From positions 372,001 to 436,000 of the forward strand of contig NIVC01000151.1 in the NCBI GenBank assembly GCA_002269645.1: DNA of 64,000 nt, read 5' to 3'. Origin of the DNA: Macrostomum lignano (Eukaryota). The notes under the pieces were generated by a model. It was not told the DNA's origin. It searched no databases and was given only the letters and a program-made list of their open reading frames with translations. The translations under genes and the position numbers were made by a program. This document shows positions 56,721 through 64,000 of the stretch, piece after piece. Position 1 is the stretch's first letter. Each line of letters opens with the position of its first letter.

Positions 56721-58980
56721 GTTGTACTGGCATTTAAGTTAATTTTGTCTATTTAGGCAAGGAAACAAATCAATACATGTAGTAAAAAAGCAGACTTTAG
56801 TAATTTTTGTTTGATAAAATGATAAGTTAGAGTCAGTGTATAATGTCACGTCCCTGTCAGTGAAGCTGACAGTGACAGTAAGAATATTATACAATACAAT
56901 ATTCAAGCAAAAATAAAAATAAAAGGCAAGAACTGCAAGCGGCAAGCTGCATGTATGATGTATGTATCTCAGTATCTGTCATCTGAGATTGAATAATATG
57001 CTAATGCAATATATCCGTACTTTGTTTTTGATGCACTAGGCTACTGAATCTTTAATTAGTCTATAAAAAATTCAAGTCCTGTAGTTATTATGCTATCCAT
57101 TACCAAGGTGTATATACAAGGACTCAAGTAGATCTACTCGAGTTGAGTTTGAGTATTCCTTCAGGCTTTGCCAGCGTGTTTTACGATTTCGTGGAAAGTA
57201 TTGAGGCGGGGCGGAGGAAGAAAATTAGAAAATTGGGGTTTTTGAAGCTGGGTCTTCTTAGAACCCGAACGGCGTTGAGTTCGCACGAATAAAGCCGGAA
57301 ATCGCGCAGACGAATCACAACAAATTATTTCCTCCTGTTTTACTCCGACAGCCGGGTTCTCAAGTCCGGGGGGGAGGGTAGTCGTAATCGTAGTCGAGCG
57401 GTCTTATGCAGGGACGGTCGTTCAGACTTTAGACTCAATGGTCTAGACACTGTAAATCTGTTTTCTGAGTTGCTGAACTGATTACTTTCAGTAGAGTAGC
57501 GCTTCCACCACCGTAATTTCGTATTACGGAAGGTTGGGATCTCAGAGCTCGTCCGGAGTTGAGATTAATTCGGTTGTTTAACGCCCCACGGGCAAATAAC
57601 TCAAGATAACCTATTAAGGGCTTCGATCAATTAATGACTTATTAATTATTAATAAATAAGCAGGCGTCATTAAATGAATATTTTATCATTATTAACGAGA
57701 ATAATCGCGGCCGGTGCCGGGTGCCAAACTATTAACTAAAAGGCAAAGACACTAAACTAATTTAATGAAAGGCGAACTATTAAACACACTAAGATGATAA
57801 ACAAGCAGGATAAACAAACAAACTAACAAACAAACTAAACAACTAAAACACTAAAGCCGGAAAGGAAGGAAGAAGGAAGAAGAAGACGAATGACAAAATG
57901 GCGGCCCGAATTGGCCTTATAAATAGTGGAAATGTGCCGTCCGGCGAGGGATGGGCCAGCAGATGGGGGCAGAAAGGCAAGGGATGGGGCAAAGGATGGG
58001 GCAACGGACGACACTAACAACGCAAACGGGAAATAACAAAAAAATTGAACTACCGCAAACGATGGGGCGAGGGATGGGGCAAAGGGTGGCGCACTGGGTG
58101 ACGCAAAAGTCATGATCAGAGTTGCACAACGGGTCGCAATTTCACCAATACCAGGTGGTAGCTCGCCCTACCACAGTATCTCGCTTAAAACAATTCGTCC
58201 GATATTTATTATTTTAACAAAACTTTTGTGCATATGTAAAGTAATTAACCTGTTAATTCTTATGCCTTACTTTACTTAGAGTGTTTTATTTAGGCTATAG
58301 AAGAGTAAATTGCCAGAATGTAAAAGAGTTTTGCATTTAAATTTCGCAATGAGTGCTTGGAGTTAAAACTCCTCATGCAGGACTCGCAGAAACGTAGCAC
58401 TTGTTCTAAGAAATTACAGCACCTATGTACAATACAAACTATATTGTACATAAGTGAAGTTGATGTTTGATATAAAATTGTTAAGGATATCTACGGTAAA
58501 CCCATTTAATCTTCTACCCGTACCGTCCAAGAAACACGTTAAATAATAGTGCCTGTCAAGGACCACTAGGAACACTTCGTTATATCAAGTCTAGTAGTCC
58601 TTGGTGCATGTACGAGCATGAATGGGCATTTTCATATTGCTTATTCTGGTTCCAGAGCCAGATCCAATTTGTGAAGCATAACTTTTTGTCTTCTAAACCA
58701 GAGGGATATATTCATCAAGCTTAAAATACTAATTTTCAAACAAAAAGCTCTTACATGTATGAATATCAGAGCTATAGGAATTGGCAAGACAAATCAAAAG
58801 ATGAACATTGGGCCTAGCTCCTATCGAAATCAATAACAAGTTTAGTGTTGAAAAAACTTTGAATCTCCGTAGTATTTTTTTCGGAAAACCCGCCTACTAA
58901 AATTTTTCCAAGAAACGTAGTTTCCCATCCTTCGACTTAAGTAGTCCTTGGAATAGTACATGTAGTTTACATTTTAAGTA

Positions 58981-60437
58981 TTGGTTTTGACAATCAATAT
59001 GAAAAATGGACAATCAAAATGGAGGAATCTAGCACGCTGACGAGTGCGTCAATGGCTGAAACACGAGTGCGCGTAGCGCACGAGGGTTTTGCCATAGACG
59101 CACAAGTCAAAGTGCTTGATTCCCATTCTTATTTGATCCAACATGTGTGGCTAAAGTAGACAAGGGTGGAGCGGGGGGTGTGGAGTTAGACTTGAACCAT
59201 AGACAAAATATGCGCGAGCTAGTCTGAACATTCTTGCACGATGGAAAGAAGATTATGCTTGTATAGTCTATGGCTGTTATGCTAAATATAGAAACATTGC
59301 GCATTACATTCTTGCACGATTGACATTCCTGCACGGAGTGCACATGTAAATTCAAGGTGCTTTTACCATAGACACTTGCATTTCTGCACGCATATGGCGA
59401 CTTCCAAAGCATTCTTGCACGCTGGATCAAATAAGAATGATATATTCCTGCACGGTCACGAGTGCACGATGTCCTTCACGCACGAGTGAACGTGAAGGAA
59501 TTCCATTGTCGGATGATTCATCGTGCAGGAATGCACAAAACCGTGCAGGAATACATTTCTGCGCCTAATGCTTTTTCAGTGAGATTTTACCATAGACATC
59601 CATTCCTGCACGCAAAAGAGTGCAAGAATGCCATTCTTGCATGGAAAATCAGCCGACAATGAAAACAGCCGTAGATCTGCATGCAGCAGCTCAGCTCAGC
59701 TTCGCAGCAGCTGCGGCTTAGGCCATAGACTTTTTGACGATCGAAATGAGAATTGGACAATCAAAATGGCAACGGGAGCAGTGTGCGCGTTTATTTGAAT
59801 GAAATTTTAACAATAGAAACGAGAAATTGACAGCAGAAATGGCAACACAGTCAGAAAAATGATGGAAACACAGCAGTCCAGCAGCATAGGTTCAGAACTC
59901 CTGCCCAGTTTGTCCGGGAAATTGTTGTTGACCCGCTGTGCCATCTCGCTCAGGGTGAGGAACGGGTTGCGGTTCACCTCTGCTTCCAGAAATTTACGAA
60001 TCTCCTCATCCACCTTGCACCTTGCTTCTTTTCGGCCTCCACGAGGCATACCGTTCATCCTTCCCTCATTCCTGTACAGCCTCACGATGCGATGAGCAGT
60101 TGAACTTGACAGCTGAAGGATTATTGCTGCGTCCTTGACCGGTGTGCCTCGATCTATTGCCTCGATGAGCCGACGTCTGTCATCTGGACTCACAGGTGGT
60201 GCCATCACCAGCAAACTGGAGAGATGGCTGAGAAAGATGGCTGGCTAATGCTTTAATGTGCTGCCTCGCTAAACTAACTGCGCGTTGCCATTTTGATTGT
60301 CCAATTCTCATTTCGATCGTCAAAAAGTCTATGGCCTAAGCCGCAGCTGCTGCGAAGCTGAGCTGAGCTGCTGCATGCAGATCTACGGCTGTTTTCATTT
60401 TGATTGTCCATTTTCTCATATTGATTGTCAAAACCAA
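58981..60437 (-). mobile_element. Tc1/IS630-like internally deleted transposon retaining only the N-terminal HTH ORF (ATG 60205); left TIR split by a ~640-bp insertion
   Basis: TA-flanked ends TTGGTTTTGACAATC; perfect 116-bp inverted repeat at 59659-59774 / 60283-60398; ORF RRRLIEAIDRG..AAIILQLSSSTAHRIVRLY..RGGRK..NPFLTLSEM is paired-like HTH plus linker; no DDE domain. Confidence 0.82.
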
Positions 60438-60442
60438 TATTA

Positions 60443-60666
60443 CACCTTTTCACGTTCAATTTTGAACAAATTCCAGTTCTAAAAAAACTAGCAGAAATTC
60501 AATTCAGACAATTCAGACTGGGGACAATTTTGTCTATGGCTAAAATTTGCTTCGGTTGCATAATGTTTTGAACTGGGGTTTGTTGCCTCAGTCGGAATTG
60601 TCTGAATTGAATTTCCGCTAGTTTTTTTAGAACTGGACTTTGTTCAAAATTGAACGTGAAAAGGTG
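60443..60666. mobile_element. 224-bp MITE with ~80-bp TIRs, flanked by TA
   Basis: CACCTTTTCACGTTCAATTTTGAACAAA... is inverted at the right end (…TGAACGTGAAAAGGTG); TA at 60441-60442 and 60667-60668. Confidence 0.85.
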
Positions 60667-61021
60667 TAGTAACAAACAAACGAACAATCGAAAGGGTTTT
60701 AATTCGCAAATAATATTGCAGCTCTTGTGCTCCGTGACAGAACTCGAGATGCGGAAGCATTATATTTTGTAGATAAGTGCATGGCGCAGCGCCTCCTGCA
60801 TACCGGAGAGCTCCTGCCATAAATGTCACAATGCAATAATAGAACTTACCGGCAAATAATAAAAATAACCAGGTAATTGACAGCGAATGTAACGAGTACT
60901 AAACAATAATAAATGTCTAATGATATATGATAATGATATTAGGAAAAATAGCACACCCACAGCAATAATTGATGCGTTAATGCTTTGTAGAAGACAGAAT
61001 TAAATCAAGGCGCGGATAATT

Positions 61022-62632
61022 TTACGACCGCGCTGACAGTGGCCGAACCTCGACGTAGTTGAAGCACCACTCTGACAGGTTCCATGCAAAGGTGCTCGGT
61101 AGGCCCTTTGTAAGGCTTTGCTGTCTCTGCAGGTCAGTTGGGTTATTCAGCAAGGGCGGCACCTCTTCAAATCTGAAGTACATGAGCGCTGGCTTGCGCA
61201 GGTCGTTGTAAATCTGCAGCTGACTGCCGCCTCTGCATAGCTGCGCACAAAACTCGGCAACGTTTTTGCTGTTGGCGAAGCAGTTCAGCAGCCGTTTCAC
61301 CTTGGTATACAGATCCAGCAGGATGTCCGCAATTATGGGAAACAGGTCCGATTCGCGGTCTGTGAGGCGGTGCATCATATTGGCAATGAAGCGCTCCATG
61401 TGGATGTTGGACTCCCAGAAGGCGCTCTTGGCGTCGCGGACCGCCGCGTACAGATGGCGGGAGTTCTCGTGAGCGGCCTTTTTGCTGGCCTTGGTGGATG
61501 GCGCAGTCGTGACTGTGGTGGCGCTGTCACTGTCTGACGCACCGGACGCGTCGATGGGGCGGGAGTTAAGCAGCGCGTCCCATGGCAGGCCCGGCCCGAT
61601 GCAGGCCAGCAGAGTGTAGAAAGCCGACTCGAAATCGTCCACTGGGTGCATTTCCGAGGACCGCATCATATTAAGTGAGGCGAATCGAGGGTCCTTGGCG
61701 ACTCGCATGTTGAGGCAGGGCTTGCCGCCCCCAGCCGCAGCTCCAGATGAGCTGCCGGCCAGGCTGGCCGCGCGGAAGTTGTTGAGGTAAACAACATTGT
61801 AGCACATTCCGCGGCCGAAGTAGATGTTCTGTGGACAGACACCGTTGTGCAGCACTCCGAATCGGTGAATCTGCAGTAGGCGGCAAATCAGCTGGTCGAA
61901 CACTTTGAATGCAGTGCGGACGCTCAGCCCAACTGGGAGCCGCTTGGCCACACAGGTGAGGTCGAGCAGATAGCTGAGACTGGGCCCGAGCTTCTCCACG
62001 GTCATGTAGGACAGGGTGGTCTCTGGCAAGCCGATCTTCCTCTGAATGAGTTTGCCCTGCAGACTAATCTCTTCCACCACCTCACCCGGCGGCATGAAGA
62101 ACTTCTGATTGGGTATCTCCTGGTAGTCAAACACCATGGGGATCCCGATCATGTCATCAAACTCCATCTTCTCGTTCAAGTACGACTGCCAAATGTGCTG
62201 CAAGATGGCGTGCTCGCGTCTCAGCAGCCTGCGGGAGTAACTGCAAAACTTGGGCAGCAGCGCCTCGACCTTCATCACCATAGTAGTGGCCACATCCCAA
62301 GGCCGCGCCTTCTCGTGCACGGGATTCGGTTTCTTCACGACTCGAGTATACTTTGAGAGCACCGTCTCAAAGGTCGGATGGGACGCAAAGCGATGCGAAT
62401 CGATGAAATCCTGTTGCTTGGGGTCGAACCTGGCGGTGACCTCGAGAAAGAGCGTCCTGTCGCTCAGGTAGGTGAATACGTAGCTGTCAAGGCCGCCCGA
62501 GGCGGTTCCGGCGTACCGGGTGCACAGCTCCCGGCTATTCATCTCCATCATCACGTCCGTGCAACGCTCCGTGAGCTGTACGAAGAACCGCAGCCGCTCC
62601 CGCTTCAGCTTCTGACTTTCTTCAGAGTCCAT
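61022..62632 (-). CDS. Intronless casein kinase 1-superfamily pseudokinase (~536 aa)
   Basis: ATG in a perfect Kozak context (GCCACCATGG) at 62632. CK1-like motifs: KLGPSLSYLL, LLQIHRFGVLHNGVCPQNIYFG, VYLNNFR, PRFASLN, DDFESAFYTL, GLPW. HRD is replaced by HNG and DFG by NFR. Confidence 0.82.
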   Translation of the reverse strand: MDSEESQKLKRERLRFFVQLTERCTDVMMEMNSRELCTRYAGTASGGLDSYVFTYLSDRTLFLEVTARFDPKQQDFIDSHRFASHPTFETVLSKYTRVVKKPNPVHEKARPWDVATTMVMKVEALLPKFCSYSRRLLRREHAILQHIWQSYLNEKMEFDDMIGIPMVFDYQEIPNQKFFMPPGEVVEEISLQGKLIQRKIGLPETTLSYMTVEKLGPSLSYLLDLTCVAKRLPVGLSVRTAFKVFDQLICRLLQIHRFGVLHNGVCPQNIYFGRGMCYNVVYLNNFRAASLAGSSSGAAAGGGKPCLNMRVAKDPRFASLNMMRSSEMHPVDDFESAFYTLLACIGPGLPWDALLNSRPIDASGASDSDSATTVTTAPSTKASKKAAHENSRHLYAAVRDAKSAFWESNIHMERFIANMMHRLTDRESDLFPIIADILLDLYTKVKRLLNCFANSKNVAEFCAQLCRGGSQLQIYNDLRKPALMYFRFEEVPPLLNNPTDLQRQQSLTKGLPSTFAWNLSEWCFNYVEVRPLSARS

Positions 62633-63065
62633 GGTGGCCAATTCGCTCGCTCGGTGGGTGCAAAGCGAAGGAAAGAGCGAAGATTGCTGCTTCTCTGAGC
62701 AAAATGGAGGGCGCGCTGATAAGCTTCTGCTCAGCAGGGACAATTCGATGAAAGCAAATAGACCCTGAGGCTTGGGCCATAGACTGACTGTTGTCTCCCG
62801 TGCAGCACCGAGATGGGCCAGAGATTTCCAGCTTATTGTACTTATTGTTACTACATAATTAGAAGATACAGCATACTGGCTTATGCTTTTAAATCTTCAG
62901 AACCGATCTCGTACATGTAAACTGGTGAGATCGCCTGTAGAAATTGACTCTAGTTAGCGTTTCCCTGAAATTTCCGAAAATTGACAACTTGCTGATTACA
63001 TGTAAATATCATAGGGAATTGACGCATGAAATGCAGTACGAGCGTAGAAATCGGGCCAAACTGAG

Positions 63066-63335
63066 TCACACGGCATCGGGACAGTAGGGCAGAAAGCCAC
63101 AGCAGTTGGCGGCATCGCACAAGCATGGCAGGCGGCTCTCGCCAGCCGCTGGTGCCGATGCCTCCCCGTAGGAGATGGTCAGCTCCTCCCCGGGCCTGAT
63201 GCGCTTGCTGGCGAACAGAGCCAGGTAGGGGATGTCCGAGTCGATGCGAACCGGCACCACCGACAGGTTGGGCGAGCAGCTGTGGTTCAGCAGCCTGGCC
63301 GGATGGCCGGACTCGCTGGCGTCCACGATGGTCAC
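63066..63335 (-). CDS. Last exon of a SET-domain lysine methyltransferase (SETMAR/SUV39-like SET + post-SET); gene continues beyond the right edge
   Basis: RLLNHSCSPNL, PVRIDSDIPYLALFA, EELTISYG, post-SET CLCDAANCCGFLP*; acceptor CAG at 63337-63336. Confidence 0.9.
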   Translation of the reverse strand: MTIVDASESGHPARLLNHSCSPNLSVVPVRIDSDIPYLALFASKRIRPGEELTISYGEASAPAAGESRLPCLCDAANCCGFLPYCPDAV

Positions 63336-63361
63336 CTGCTTCTTGACTGTTCGGGCCCTTT

Positions 63362-64000
63362 AAGTCAGCTGATCCGACTGATGGCCTTGAGTCAGCTGAT
63401 CCGACTGATGGCCTTGAGTCAGCTGATCCGACTGATGGCCTTGAGTCAGCTGATCCGACTGATGGTCTTGAGTCAGCTGATCCGACTGATGGCCTTGAGT
63501 CAGCTGATCCGACTGATGGCCTTGAGTCAGCTGATCCGACTGATGGTCTTGAGTCAGCTGATCCGACTGATGGCCTTGAGTCAGCTGATCCGACTGATGG
63601 TCTTGAGTCAGCTGATCCGACTGATGGCCTTGAGTCAGCTGATCCGACTGATGGTCTTGAGTTAGCTGATCCGACTGATGGCCTTGAGTTAGCTGATCCG
63701 ACTGATGGCCTTGAGTCAGCTGATCCGACTGATGGCCTTGAGTTAGCTGATCCGACTGATGGCCTTGAGTCAGCTGATCCGACTGATGGTCTTGAGTCAG
63801 CTGATCCGACTGATGGCCTTGAGTCAGCTGATCCGACTGATGGCCTTGAGTCAGCTGATCCGACTGATGGCCTTGAGTCAGCTGATCCGACTGATGGCCT
63901 TGAGTCAGCTGATCCGACTGATGGCCTTGAGTTAGCTGATCCGACTGATGGCCTTGAGTCAGCTGATCCGACTGATGGTCTTGAGTCAGCTGATCCGACT
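63362..64000. repeat. 27-bp intronic array (GTCAGCTGATCCGACTGATGGCCTTGA)n
   Basis: Direct reading; runs to the window end. Confidence 0.95.

Noticed and set aside
57177-58164. Possible ~1-kb solo LTR on the minus strand (TGT..ACA ends, TATA-like motif, terminal hairpin GTGGTAG..CTACCAC)
   Set aside because: No matching TSD and only 3-bp terminal similarity; probably repeat-derived, but I cannot classify it.
59807-63335. SETMAR-like SET-transposase fusion (SET exon near a Tc1/mariner-like HTH)
   Set aside because: The SET exon ends in its own TGA at 63066, a kinase gene lies between, and no splice path links them.

Overview
Eukaryotic (invertebrate) genomic DNA. Exons are GC-rich, introns are GT-AG, and almost every long intron carries its own minisatellite. 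This style resembles the free-living flatworm Macrostomum, but the species is my inference only. From left to right the window holds: (1) a divergent ionotropic glutamate receptor (minus strand, runs off the left edge) whose signal peptide is joined directly to the ligand-binding domain, so it has no amino-terminal domain, with an RTE-type LINE carrying a nested solo LTR in one intron; (2) a complete 16-exon AMPA/kainate-type iGluR on the same strand; (3) a divergently oriented, essentially single-exon DEG/ENaC channel interrupted by an in-frame TAA before TM2; (4) an IA-2/PTPRN-type pseudophosphatase; (5) an ~895-aa type I membrane protein with an L1CAM/neuroglian-type FIGxY tail on an atypical ectodomain; (6) an AT-rich block of MITEs; (7) a complete EndoU/XendoU gene with a long intronic hairpin; (8) more TIR elements, including a Tc1/IS630-like HTH-only deletion derivative; (9) an intronless CK1-like pseudokinase; and (10) the last exon of a SETMAR-like SET-domain gene. 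Most long ORFs in the supplied track are stop-free translations of tandem repeats, not genes. I derived exon coordinates by hand from splice signals, reading-phase continuity and remembered family motifs. No database searches were run.
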